From positions 124,001 through 188,000 of IMG/VR virus record IMGVR_UViG_3300013233_000235: a DNA stretch of 64,000 nt; one strand, given 5' to 3'. The notes under the pieces are model-generated. The model had not been told where the DNA came from, ran no database searches, and was given only the letters and a program-made list of their open reading frames with translations. The position numbers and the translations under genes are program-made. This document shows, piece by piece, positions 20,870 through 30,101 of this stretch (its first letter is position 1; each line of letters begins with the position of its first letter).

Positions 20870-21051
20870 GTAAATATGGTAAAAAGGTTGGTGGCATGGC
20901 CACCACCGTGGTTGTTACTATCGCAAAGCACAAGAAGAAAACCATGGCGGCCGTTTTGGCTGTAATCGTGATCATCTTATCAGCCACTGGTGTGGTTGAG
21001 TTAAACCCAAGTGATATGCTACAATTACTATCAACCGCTAGCGACGGTTAA
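20866..21051 (+). CDS. small membrane protein (basic N-terminus + one TM; holin-like topology)
   Basis: KHKKK followed by a 20-aa hydrophobic segment. Confidence 0.6.
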   Translation: MSKYGKKVGGMATTVVVTIAKHKKKTMAAVLAVIVIILSATGVVELNPSDMLQLLSTASDG

Positions 21052-21057
21052 CACCTA

Positions 21058-21083
21058 GCGCACTCTGTCAATGCAGGGTGCGC
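21058..21083 (+). terminator. hairpin, possible terminator
   Basis: GCGCACTCTG-TCAATG-CAGGGTGCGC; weak U-tract. Confidence 0.5.
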
Positions 21084-21124
21084 CTTATGCTGATCTTGGC
21101 AGACACCTATAGTTGGAATTCAAT

Positions 21125-22003
21125 ATGCATACACAAGAACATACAAAAGCCGCGTTAGCGGTACATTTCGGTAAACACCCAGTGGTGGTATTATTAACAG
21201 ATGCTGGGGATCTGACCATAGCCGTTACTGGCAAGGTGGTTTTTCATATAACTGGTGTCAGCGCATATCCAACTGTGGCCGTGGACCGGCTCGGTAAGCA
21301 TGTGTACATGTATGGGATATTCGATGGATTATCCACCCCCACGCTGGTGGTTGTGGGATTGGACCCTGTGGCCGTTGTGATTAAAGCCTACGTGGATGTG
21401 GACCCACTCCTTGAAGTACACATCGTACCAATCGCCGGACTCGATGTATATTTGCGTGGCTACCACCCCCGCACTGGTGAGATGGTGGAGTGGGTATTTG
21501 GGGATGACCAAGAGTCCGTTGATGAGCAGATGGGTGTCCCAGCCGATATGGATCTGTGTGATATAAACGTGTACGCAACCCAGCGGCTATACCACGGTAA
21601 TGGGCAGCTCGCCACAACTTCCAACAACATGCCACCATCCGCCCCACTGTGCATTCCTGGAATTATGGCCGCTGGGTTTATTTCGGCAACGCAGCTCCAC
21701 AGCATATCGAATGTGAATGGTGCGTGGTATGCTAATACCATCCGCGTGGATCCAATGGCCGTGGATGGACAGCACTTACAGATAACCGGCACAATGCGAC
21801 TGCCAAATATACCAGACGGGGAACAATACGTCCTGGCGGGCTGTGGCACAATAGCATACTTACCCGATGGTGTGATAAGTCCGGCTATAACTGTGCACAC
21901 ACATTGCGACCAAGGTCTGTGGTATAGTAACCCACTTGGGTACGCCACCAGCGGGAATAAGATACCCAGCCTACTAAATCACACAACAGCCGTGGTAAAT
22001 TAA
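21125..22003 (+). CDS. hypothetical beta-rich protein
   Basis: Long ORF; ATG 21125 preferred over TTG 21113. Confidence 0.7.
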   Translation: MHTQEHTKAALAVHFGKHPVVVLLTDAGDLTIAVTGKVVFHITGVSAYPTVAVDRLGKHVYMYGIFDGLSTPTLVVVGLDPVAVVIKAYVDVDPLLEVHIVPIAGLDVYLRGYHPRTGEMVEWVFGDDQESVDEQMGVPADMDLCDINVYATQRLYHGNGQLATTSNNMPPSAPLCIPGIMAAGFISATQLHSISNVNGAWYANTIRVDPMAVDGQHLQITGTMRLPNIPDGEQYVLAGCGTIAYLPDGVISPAITVHTHCDQGLWYSNPLGYATSGNKIPSLLNHTTAVVN

Positions 22004-22021
22004 CACAAAGTTGGGGGTCAT

Positions 22022-22600
22022 ATGCTACAGAAGACCTCTGCGCTAGAAGTACTTAACCCCAAAGGTCGGTCCAACTCTTCATACCTCACTAAAGATGGTA
22101 CCATGTTCATCTCACCCAAGGTGGGTATATCTGGGCCGGGTTTAGTAAGGGTTTTTACGAACGATGGTGACGGGTTTAAGGAAGGCAAGGCTTTGTCACC
22201 AGATCTAGCTATCCGTTACATCACATTTGGGGAGACCACATATGCCGACGCTGGCAGAAGACTTATAGTGGTGTCATCCGTTGTTAGAAACAGCGGTGGT
22301 GTATCCGCTATGGTGGAGTTGTATGAACCCATCGCCGGCATGGGCAGCCGTTGGGGCAAACGCGGCGGCGGTTATATACCGCATGAACTTAACGACTACA
22401 TGTGTCTATCCATTATTGTGGATGATACAACAAATGTATGCCACATTGCATATAAACTGAGAGGTAAAGATGGACACATCAGGTATGACTTTAAAAAATC
22501 CGGTGGAGGAGATTGGTACTGCGATGGAAAAGCTACAGTGCGCCCACGTGGACTACCGGCAATCCGTGCTGCGATTAAAAGCCCTGTTACCAGGGGCTGA
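22022..22600 (+). CDS. hypothetical beta-rich protein
   Basis: GGGGG SD; packed operon. Confidence 0.65.
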   Translation: MLQKTSALEVLNPKGRSNSSYLTKDGTMFISPKVGISGPGLVRVFTNDGDGFKEGKALSPDLAIRYITFGETTYADAGRRLIVVSSVVRNSGGVSAMVELYEPIAGMGSRWGKRGGGYIPHELNDYMCLSIIVDDTTNVCHIAYKLRGKDGHIRYDFKKSGGGDWYCDGKATVRPRGLPAIRAAIKSPVTRG

Positions 22601-23375
22601 CATCCTAATTGGCACAAGACTTACTACTGACCAGTCGGAGCTGTACGCCGTACTATCAACCGATGATGGGCTAGTCAGCTACATATACAGTTGCGACGAT
22701 GGTACTCTTCGAGAGGGCGCGTTCATTAAACACGTCCGCCCTAAACTGATCCATGATGATCCCGATCATCTGTACAAGGCTATGGCCGTCACTGGTGGGT
22801 GTGTGATCACCCCGGTAGAGAAGGGCATCCTGATTACAGACTTGTCAAATGGCAGGAACGTGGATGTACTCGTAACACCGTCCCCACCGGATGAGATACA
22901 GTTGGCCGGGCCAGGGTACCGCGATATCATTTATACCGGGTCTAGTGGCGAGACTATGGTGTTCGACACTATTGGCCGCACCACCACATCCGTATTCCCC
23001 TCACTGATTGCGCACGCTTTACTCACCGCCGAGGGTGGCTTCCTAGTGGTAGATAAACACGCCGAGGGTGTGTATGACTACATCCCGGCATTCTACGCTG
23101 ATGGTCAACTTATCACTGTACACAGTGCGCTACGTATCCCCGGCGGTGTGTGGGGGCTAAGTGCTGTGACTACCATCGAGTGCGCACATGGCACCACGTT
23201 GGTAATCTACCAGATGTCATCCGTATTCCCGGTAACCCCCTCTATTGTTGTCACCATACCCATTAGTGGTGAAGCCACTATGGAACTCATAATCGATAGC
23301 AATGGGTGCTTTAATAACCTTGTACACGCCGATTCTGGCAAAGACGTTGTAGTAGTTAATGGAGAACCCGTATGA
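22524..23375 (+). CDS. hypothetical beta-propeller-like protein (start uncertain)
   Basis: Long beta-rich ORF; ATGA overlap with the next gene. Confidence 0.6.
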   Translation: MEKLQCAHVDYRQSVLRLKALLPGADILIGTRLTTDQSELYAVLSTDDGLVSYIYSCDDGTLREGAFIKHVRPKLIHDDPDHLYKAMAVTGGCVITPVEKGILITDLSNGRNVDVLVTPSPPDEIQLAGPGYRDIIYTGSSGETMVFDTIGRTTTSVFPSLIAHALLTAEGGFLVVDKHAEGVYDYIPAFYADGQLITVHSALRIPGGVWGLSAVTTIECAHGTTLVIYQMSSVFPVTPSIVVTIPISGEATMELIIDSNGCFNNLVHADSGKDVVVVNGEPV

Positions 23376-24550
23376 GTGAAAACACGTGTATTGAGAAACT
23401 AGAAATACCTGTTAAGGATGATACCGAGTTATCAGCCGCCATGAACCGGCGCGGTGAATGCATGATCGGTACAGAAGACGGTAATATGCGCACCATTTGT
23501 GTACTCCCATACGACGACGATGAAAACGTGGAACTGTGGAGTATCAAAACCGGTGACCCAGTGGTCCGCAGACGGGTGCTGTTCAAGATGGCCGCATTCC
23601 TATCGGATGGGCAAACACTTGTAGACACCCTTATTTACGGGCGATTCTTTGTGGCCATGTCAAAGAACCGTATAACCATCCAGGATGTGCTGCGTCGGGC
23701 GTCCATCTTTGAAGCCGAGCAGGCCGGTGAGAACGTGGCATTAAGGTTGGTTGATGACGACATCGTGGTCTTCACCAGCATCGAGGGGCGCATCGGGGCC
23801 ACACGGATTAATACCACCACTGGTAGCGATTACGCAGTGTACCTACCGAAGCACATCCGTAAACGTCCAAAGGTTTCGCGATGGGTGAGGTGGGTCAAGT
23901 CTAAAGAAGGTATGGCTGAGTTCAAACGCAACTACGCTAAAGGGCCAGACCCTCTTAAAGGGGTGTACACTTTTGACGGAGTAGATGGTAGTGGTAAAAC
24001 CACACTAATCAATTCGTTAAAGGATCATTATACCGACCTTGGTGTCGAGGTTATTGTCTTTAACTGGAAGGACTATTTGAACGAATGGTTGGGTGATACA
24101 ACCACCGAGACCTTAGGGGCTTGTTGGGAAGAGGTAGCCCGCTTGGTGATTGCTTCCCCAGCGGATGCGCTGGTTCTAGTTGATCGATACGCCATGACGA
24201 CAGCCGTTTATCAAGGGGATGACTTTAACACGGGGGTTAGTGACTCTGATGGGGCGTATCAAGTCTACCATGATGCTTACCAACGCATGAACCCCTCTAC
24301 CTCTTTCATCATGGTGGGTGACGTTACAAAGTTTATCGCCCGTAGTACCACCGTTGAAGGGGATGCTAACGGGAATAAGGGGTTAGATTTCTACCAGCGC
24401 GCACAAACAAGTTACATCATGCTCGGTAGTAAAGCGTGGCATAACACCTGCCATATCAATGCCGACAAGCCGGCAGATGAGATCGCAGCGGAGGTACGTA
24501 AAACCATCGATGCATGGTTACAAACCAAAACGGAAAAGGAAGATGTATGA
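23372..24550 (+). CDS. tmk: thymidylate kinase domain fused to a 180-aa N-terminal beta-rich domain
   Basis: P-loop FDGVDGSGKTT and DRY..TT.VYQG TMK motifs in the C-terminal half. Confidence 0.75.
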   Translation: MSENTCIEKLEIPVKDDTELSAAMNRRGECMIGTEDGNMRTICVLPYDDDENVELWSIKTGDPVVRRRVLFKMAAFLSDGQTLVDTLIYGRFFVAMSKNRITIQDVLRRASIFEAEQAGENVALRLVDDDIVVFTSIEGRIGATRINTTTGSDYAVYLPKHIRKRPKVSRWVRWVKSKEGMAEFKRNYAKGPDPLKGVYTFDGVDGSGKTTLINSLKDHYTDLGVEVIVFNWKDYLNEWLGDTTTETLGACWEEVARLVIASPADALVLVDRYAMTTAVYQGDDFNTGVSDSDGAYQVYHDAYQRMNPSTSFIMVGDVTKFIARSTTVEGDANGNKGLDFYQRAQTSYIMLGSKAWHNTCHINADKPADEIAAEVRKTIDAWLQTKTEKEDV

Positions 24551-25068
24551 GTAAGTCATTAGCGTTTAGCATGAAAGAGTTACTACCATTTAAAATGGGC
24601 GAGCTTAAACTTAACCGATTGAACCGGTTGACCATGGACGGCCACCGTATGCCGGGATGTGAGTCGGGGTTCTTTGGTAAAGGTAGCATCAGTTGGGTAG
24701 ACGGGTCTAATCGCCGAATCATCAGCTATACCAACCCTCGGTACGCGGCGTTTAGACTTGATGGGCAGAATATCGTAATGCTACAGGGTGAGTACCAGTA
24801 CCCCGATGGTCGTATCGCCGCAAGTTTGTATTACAATCTTGATGGCAAGTTCAAATCACTGGGGCGTTACCACCGTGGCTGTGTTGGGCCATACCTAGTG
24901 TTTAGAGACCGGCTGGTTAACACCACAAGCGGCGAAGTGGCATTCCCCGGTCGGACTGTTGTAAAGGTATCCATGCCCGGTGATGCCGGCGTGATAAGGG
25001 TTGCATTTGAAAATAACCCTACCAGAGATTTCACTGTAAACAGGGCTGGCGAGTTAGTTCCTCAATAG
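24547..25068 (+). CDS. hypothetical protein (paralog family A)
   Basis: ATGA-coupled; DG..hP...G.I.W.DG motif. Confidence 0.7.
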   Translation: MSKSLAFSMKELLPFKMGELKLNRLNRLTMDGHRMPGCESGFFGKGSISWVDGSNRRIISYTNPRYAAFRLDGQNIVMLQGEYQYPDGRIAASLYYNLDGKFKSLGRYHRGCVGPYLVFRDRLVNTTSGEVAFPGRTVVKVSMPGDAGVIRVAFENNPTRDFTVNRAGELVPQ

Positions 25069-25180
25069 CAGTATAAAGACGGCCCCGAAGGCCACCCATA
25101 CCCACCGGGCTATTATAAGTCGGGTGTGGCATACAAGGGTGCCCGATAAACATGGGTACCAACTAAAGGATGTTTGTATT

Positions 25181-25759
25181 ATGAAGTTGTATCACTATTC
25201 CGCTAATTCACACGATGTGCTTAAATCTTTATATGCACAGGCCAAACTTACTGACAAAGAAGCTGAGCGCGCGAATGCCTGGGCAGTAGAAAGTCAGGCA
25301 GTCGGGCCCTACCATAAGCATATCGCATTGTTTTTTGAGAAAGTACCCTTGGACGAGCTTGGGGATATCTACGGCGACTACCATGAGATCTGGTACCACG
25401 GTAATGAGATTTACGAACACACCGTGTCTACGGAAGATATGGCCGATCGACCATACGTGATTACTGAAACCGAAACCCACAGGGCCACCATTGGTGAGTT
25501 GTGGGATGATGACTATGCACATCGTGGTAAGTATTACACCACCCTAAATAAAAGGCAGCAGGATAATAATGAGCGTGGGCATACCATGTCCGCCATGGTT
25601 AAAGCTGCAAAACCTTTTGTCGGTGGCACGCGGGCCGCCTTCGAGGCCAACCGTGGCAAAGAAGATTTGTTGTACGCAGCCAATGTGCCGCACCTTATGT
25701 ACTACGCGGGTGCGTTTGAGATACCTGTTCGTAAGATTGAGAAGGTGACTGTAAAATAG
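25181..25759 (+). CDS. conserved hypothetical phage protein (N-terminal LYHYS)
   Basis: AAAGGA SD; 192 aa. Confidence 0.75.
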   Translation: MKLYHYSANSHDVLKSLYAQAKLTDKEAERANAWAVESQAVGPYHKHIALFFEKVPLDELGDIYGDYHEIWYHGNEIYEHTVSTEDMADRPYVITETETHRATIGELWDDDYAHRGKYYTTLNKRQQDNNERGHTMSAMVKAAKPFVGGTRAAFEANRGKEDLLYAANVPHLMYYAGAFEIPVRKIEKVTVK

Positions 25760-25771
25760 CAGTAATAAGTC

Positions 25772-25872
25772 AGCCCCTTCGGGGGCTTTCTTTTTTATTT
25801 GTTTCCATACATTTTCAGAACCATATAACTACTATGAAGAGGCATCTTGATCTCTTACATTGGAGTTTAGTT
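25772..25872 (+). promoter_or_regulatory. Early cassette, class I (CATATAACT 25822-25830, ATG 25834, stem AAGAGG/TCTCTT, loop CATCTTGA)
   Basis: Repeat copy. Confidence 0.85.
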
Positions 25873-26481
25873 ATGAATGACTTATTAATGCGCTTAGTTG
25901 TCACCAGTGGTGTTAAGCTGAGATGTGACCACCGGGTGGTTGCGGTATCGCCCGATCGAGCCTGTACGTGGGCGGCGATACTAACCATTGGGGCTGAACA
26001 CCCCATCCTCCCAACCATGGGTGGTTGGGATAATGTCCACGCCGTCCCACTAGCCACACCCGGTCGGGGGGTGCTAAACGACAACGATGCCACCCGACGG
26101 TTTACCCAGGCGATCGTAGATGGGGTCGGGCGTGGGCACGGGCTTCTATCAGACCGTACACGTGCCATACAGGGCCTCAACATGGGTGTGAGACTGCCGG
26201 AGTTGTTTGAGGGATACATGTGGTCAAAACTGGCCACAAGACATGGGCTGGGTAACAGCCGGGCACTTTTTTACGCTGCATACGGGCTGTGCGAGCGGCA
26301 GGGCGACTGGTGGGAGGTACTGACCCACATGGAAGAGTACCAGCGTAGCGCACGCCAGCTTGTTGGGTTGGCTGGTGTGCGTACAGGGGGGGATCACGGG
26401 CTACTGTATATGAACAGTCGCCCGGAGTTACGAGATGCTGCATTGGACACACTCATCGAGTATGTAAGGGGGGTGAAATGA
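25873..26481 (+). CDS. hypothetical early protein
   Basis: SD-led ATG after the cassette. Confidence 0.75.
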   Translation: MNDLLMRLVVTSGVKLRCDHRVVAVSPDRACTWAAILTIGAEHPILPTMGGWDNVHAVPLATPGRGVLNDNDATRRFTQAIVDGVGRGHGLLSDRTRAIQGLNMGVRLPELFEGYMWSKLATRHGLGNSRALFYAAYGLCERQGDWWEVLTHMEEYQRSARQLVGLAGVRTGGDHGLLYMNSRPELRDAALDTLIEYVRGVK

Positions 26482-27407
26482 GTAGGGTGGTTAAAGAGCA
26501 GTTCGGCCCACTCCACGAGATGTTGCTCGCATCAATGTCATCCCATGGGCGTAACCGGCTGGTAAGTATGACCGGCATGGGTGTGGACGGCACCTGGTGG
26601 GATAGGGTGCTCACAAAGGGCCGTCGCATCACACCAACGAAGTTGTGGTCCTACCTGGATAACGTCTACGATCCCGCAAAGGACCCCTTTACCCCCCGTG
26701 AACTTATTGATGCCGCTATTGAGTGGGACTGGGGGGTAGGGGTAACACCAACCAATGCTGCGGCCACGAGCCCCATCGTTAAGGAGTTCTGGTGGATCAG
26801 GGTTAACCACCACATCAGCACTACCCAGCTGTGTAGGTCCATACACATGTGCTCAAGCCAAGTGTACAACATGGAGTCCGGCGACCGAGGGTGCTCATTA
26901 GAGCACAGCCTGCAACTGGCAGAGGCATTTATAAGCATCGGTGTAAGCAGAGAGTTGGTAGCCGCCGCCATTCTCAGATCTTTCTGCCCAGATCCTCGCC
27001 GTCATGCGCTGATGGGTACCGTGCTGAACATACTGGTTATGAGCCGGTGTACGTTAGCACCACTGCTGCTGATCATGGGTGGGCCTGATCTAACCAGAGC
27101 CCGCTTCCTGACTGGAGAGGGTGTTTCAATAACCACCATTGCGGCATGGACCCGGCATGCTACAAATAAGTATAGAGAGTTACGATCTATACTGGAGACG
27201 GGGGCCGTTGGTAACAGGCAGGTATTGTGGGAGGCACTTATGATGAGGGATGTGCCCCAAGGTGGATTGGCAAAACACCTCGGTACAAACCCACGCCTAT
27301 TTAAATACATGCTAGCCATAGGCCGAGGGGTTGGGGAATTGGATCTCACTCCGATCCAAAATATGCCATTGCGGGACGATGTTATAACGGGGGTTTACGT
27401 ATGCTAA
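26478..27407 (+). CDS. multi-domain XRE-like HTH protein
   Basis: ISTTQLCRSIHMCSSQVYNMESGDR...SLQLAEAF, plus N- and C-terminal HTH-like segments. Confidence 0.65.
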   Translation: MSRVVKEQFGPLHEMLLASMSSHGRNRLVSMTGMGVDGTWWDRVLTKGRRITPTKLWSYLDNVYDPAKDPFTPRELIDAAIEWDWGVGVTPTNAAATSPIVKEFWWIRVNHHISTTQLCRSIHMCSSQVYNMESGDRGCSLEHSLQLAEAFISIGVSRELVAAAILRSFCPDPRRHALMGTVLNILVMSRCTLAPLLLIMGGPDLTRARFLTGEGVSITTIAAWTRHATNKYRELRSILETGAVGNRQVLWEALMMRDVPQGGLAKHLGTNPRLFKYMLAIGRGVGELDLTPIQNMPLRDDVITGVYVC

Positions 27408-27790
27408 ATACGCTGGTTAAGCAGGGGCCGTTCACGGTCCCTACCGGTCTATCGGATAGAGCGCTACTGAGGGTAATATCGGCCAATATACCCCACATCC
27501 CCACCATGCACCGTGACCCCGCCGCAGTGGTGGTGGCATTGGCCATGGTGTGGGGAAGCATGTGCACAGAAGATCGACGAGATCTGTATGCCAACTACAG
27601 GACTGGATTGGACATTTACTTATGTCCAGACGAATACGCTGTCAAAATAAATGGGTTGAAATCACCCATAGTCGCAGCCGAATGCGGTATGTGGGTCAGA
27701 TCACTACCAGCGGATGTCCGCAAACGGCTTACCCACATGGTGAGTAAAGCCATATCGAAATACCGGGCGGATACCCCGCCACCAACATAG
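27401..27790 (+). CDS. hypothetical protein
   Basis: Overlap-coupled ORF. Confidence 0.65.
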   Translation: MLNTLVKQGPFTVPTGLSDRALLRVISANIPHIPTMHRDPAAVVVALAMVWGSMCTEDRRDLYANYRTGLDIYLCPDEYAVKINGLKSPIVAAECGMWVRSLPADVRKRLTHMVSKAISKYRADTPPPT

Positions 27791-27798
27791 GGTGCACA

Positions 27799-28584
27799 TT
27801 GCGTCCCGAGGAGCTAGTAATGATTAAAACTGTAGAAGAACTGAATGAAGTATTGCCCGAGGGCTACCTCGCCGAGATTGGTGAGGGTAGTGGGGATGAC
27901 ACACACCACCAGCTTACCGTGATGAGAGGGGATGCACTGATCATTAAGTATCTGTACAATGCCAACAGGTTCCCTAACATCTGGGTAGATGGGGACTACC
28001 TCGCCATTGTACAAAGCATAGACCGTAGCTGCATCCGGTTCTATCGGTTGGACATGGTGGGACAGGGGATGCTCTACAGCCTCATCTTCACCGGGTATGT
28101 GTTCGAGGTACCCGTGAGTATGTTAGAGGATGTGGTGGCCACTCTACGGGCTTTAGAACTGGCTATAACTGCATACACCCCTGGCTTGGTGGACGTCGAG
28201 TACGCATCTTTGGCGCCGGGGGCATCCGCGATGTTTAAACACATGGCTGTATCAAGGGGGTTCATACAGAAGAACCGTGGGGCAAGGTTGCACAGCGATT
28301 ACTACATCCGTGACCCCGAGAATGGTGTGTCGCTGTATGAGAACACACTTTACCGGGAGGGCCGATGGTTTGGAGAAGGGGAGTACACAACGTTCGACGT
28401 GCGTATGGATGCTACCCGCTGGTCTATCTCTAACAGGATTCGCACAGGCACTGGTAAGAGTATCAGTCAGTGCATCAACGTGTATCGCCCAGAGCTGGCG
28501 CCTGGCCAGGCAGCCATGGTGTCGCTCATAAACGAATCACACATGGTGGAGTTATTAGCTAACTCCACTGTTGTGGTTGCATAG
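27799..28584 (+). CDS. hypothetical protein
   Basis: Long ORF; TTG or downstream ATG start. Confidence 0.65.
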   Translation: MRPEELVMIKTVEELNEVLPEGYLAEIGEGSGDDTHHQLTVMRGDALIIKYLYNANRFPNIWVDGDYLAIVQSIDRSCIRFYRLDMVGQGMLYSLIFTGYVFEVPVSMLEDVVATLRALELAITAYTPGLVDVEYASLAPGASAMFKHMAVSRGFIQKNRGARLHSDYYIRDPENGVSLYENTLYREGRWFGEGEYTTFDVRMDATRWSISNRIRTGTGKSISQCINVYRPELAPGQAAMVSLINESHMVELLANSTVVVA

Positions 28585-28633
28585 TGGGCACGGGGCTTTC
28601 TTAACCGTAAGCCCCATAGCTGTGTATGTGATG

Positions 28634-28733
28634 GCCCCCTCGGGGGCTTTCTTTTTTATTTGTTTCCATACATTTTCAGAACTATATAACTTGTATGAAG
28701 AGACATCTTGATCTCTTGTATAGGAGTTTAGTT
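28634..28733 (+). promoter_or_regulatory. Early cassette, class I (TATATAACT 28683-28691, ATG 28695, loop CATCTTGA)
   Basis: Repeat copy. Confidence 0.85.
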
Positions 28734-29471
28734 ATGAGTAAAATGGTTAACTCGCTTAAGAAGGTGCCCAATACACCACGCAATTTCATGCACGAGGGGC
28801 GCCTTAGAAACCTCTTGGTACATATGCGGGAGTCGGACCCATCCGCTATTACGCCAGAGAACATGTTCGTCATGGCGGACATCCCGGTAGATTTTACCCG
28901 GCTGGCTTTACCCGAGATCCACGCCAGTGGTGCGACCCAGCCGATTTCTATCGCCGCCCTGACACGTCTTATCAACGGTGTCCAAATTGGCCGCATACGG
29001 TCGACAGATGGGTCGTTTGTGGTGGCTGCCTTTCCTAGATGGTATGATTCGGGCGCTGGTGCTATTAGCGTCGCCATATGTGTGGAAGGGGCGACAAATT
29101 CGGCTCTGGATATTAACATTATACATGGTCGGCGTATACTCCATGTTGCATGTGGGCATAAGCGGGCGTGGATAATCACGGATCTGGGTGCATGGCTTGT
29201 AGGCTGGGATGTCGATAGCCAGGGATCTGTACATATCCAGGAAGGGGCGGTACCACTCGGCGATGGGGGCCCATTGTACAACACTCGCATCCAGATGATC
29301 TATAATGCGGATGTGGATGAAGATAACAATCTTACATACACGGCCGTATGCTATAATGGGGGGGAACCAACCGCTGCATACGAGGTCTGCGTATCCCCGA
29401 TGACAGGTCAACACGATGCACCGTCCGATATGAGTGTGTCCGAATTGATGGACACACTTAAAACAAACTAA
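28734..29471 (+). CDS. hypothetical early protein (paralog family B)
   Basis: SD-led ATG; AWIITDLGAWL motif. Confidence 0.75.
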   Translation: MSKMVNSLKKVPNTPRNFMHEGRLRNLLVHMRESDPSAITPENMFVMADIPVDFTRLALPEIHASGATQPISIAALTRLINGVQIGRIRSTDGSFVVAAFPRWYDSGAGAISVAICVEGATNSALDINIIHGRRILHVACGHKRAWIITDLGAWLVGWDVDSQGSVHIQEGAVPLGDGGPLYNTRIQMIYNADVDEDNNLTYTAVCYNGGEPTAAYEVCVSPMTGQHDAPSDMSVSELMDTLKTN

Positions 29472-29481
29472 GGAGTTAGAC

Positions 29482-29886
29482 ATGAACCGAGTAAGCTTAG
29501 TGAGAGCGCTAAAAGAGTTTTGTAAGTCCACGGGCACCAAGCTATCCGATTACGTGGTAGGTGCAGGTGGTGCCATGATGTTGGAGAGTCGCACTTTGCG
29601 CTCCGAAACCGATGATGTGGATGTTGCTACTTCACACCGGGTGTGGGATCTGTTGTACAAGTTACCACACCGGGAAGAGTATTTCGGGGACACTGAGATA
29701 CGTGCCTTTGGCAAAGTGGATGTACACCTGGTTGATAACCCGGTGGTTATTGAAACACTGGTATCAAAAGAGGGTGTCATATATTGGGACCCTGAGACCG
29801 TGCTACGGTTCAAGCAATACCTCAACAGAGATAAGGATCAGAAGGATATAACCGCCCTAAAGAAGTACATCGCTAGTAATAAGTAA
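29482..29886 (+). CDS. minimal nucleotidyltransferase-fold protein (pol beta superfamily)
   Basis: VVGAGGAM...R.ETDDVDV and later DVH motif; AAGGAG SD. Confidence 0.65.
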   Translation: MNRVSLVRALKEFCKSTGTKLSDYVVGAGGAMMLESRTLRSETDDVDVATSHRVWDLLYKLPHREEYFGDTEIRAFGKVDVHLVDNPVVIETLVSKEGVIYWDPETVLRFKQYLNRDKDQKDITALKKYIASNK

Positions 29887-29892
29887 TAAGTC

Positions 29893-29995
29893 AGCCCCTT
29901 CGGGGGCTTTCCTTTTTATTTGTTTCCATCAATTCTTAGAACTATATAACTTGTATGAAGAGACACTTTGATCTCTTATTGTGAAGGATGTTGAT
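29893..29995 (+). promoter_or_regulatory. Early cassette, class I (TATATAACT 29943-29951, ATG 29955, loop CACTTTGA)
   Basis: Repeat copy; SD segment GAAGGATGTTGATATG identical to the 2557 copy. Confidence 0.85.
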
Positions 29996-30088
29996 ATGAG
30001 TAAAGTATGTAAGAACCCCACAGGCCCAAATGGCCGGGTTAGTTACGGACTCGCCCACGGTACCACCCTCTCCAACGAGCCACACTAG
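29996..30088 (+). CDS. 30-aa micro-protein MSKVCKNPTGPNGRVSYGLAHGTTLSNEPH
   Basis: Occupies the first-gene slot of a cassette with a full SD; manual translation. Confidence 0.55.
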   Translation: MSKVCKNPTGPNGRVSYGLAHGTTLSNEPH

Positions 30089-30101
30089 GGATAAAGGCGC
30101 A

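Noticed and set aside
28593-28616. Extra hairpin GGGGCTT/AAGCCCC upstream of the 28634 cassette
   Set aside because: Most simply a tandem or relic terminator; single occurrence.
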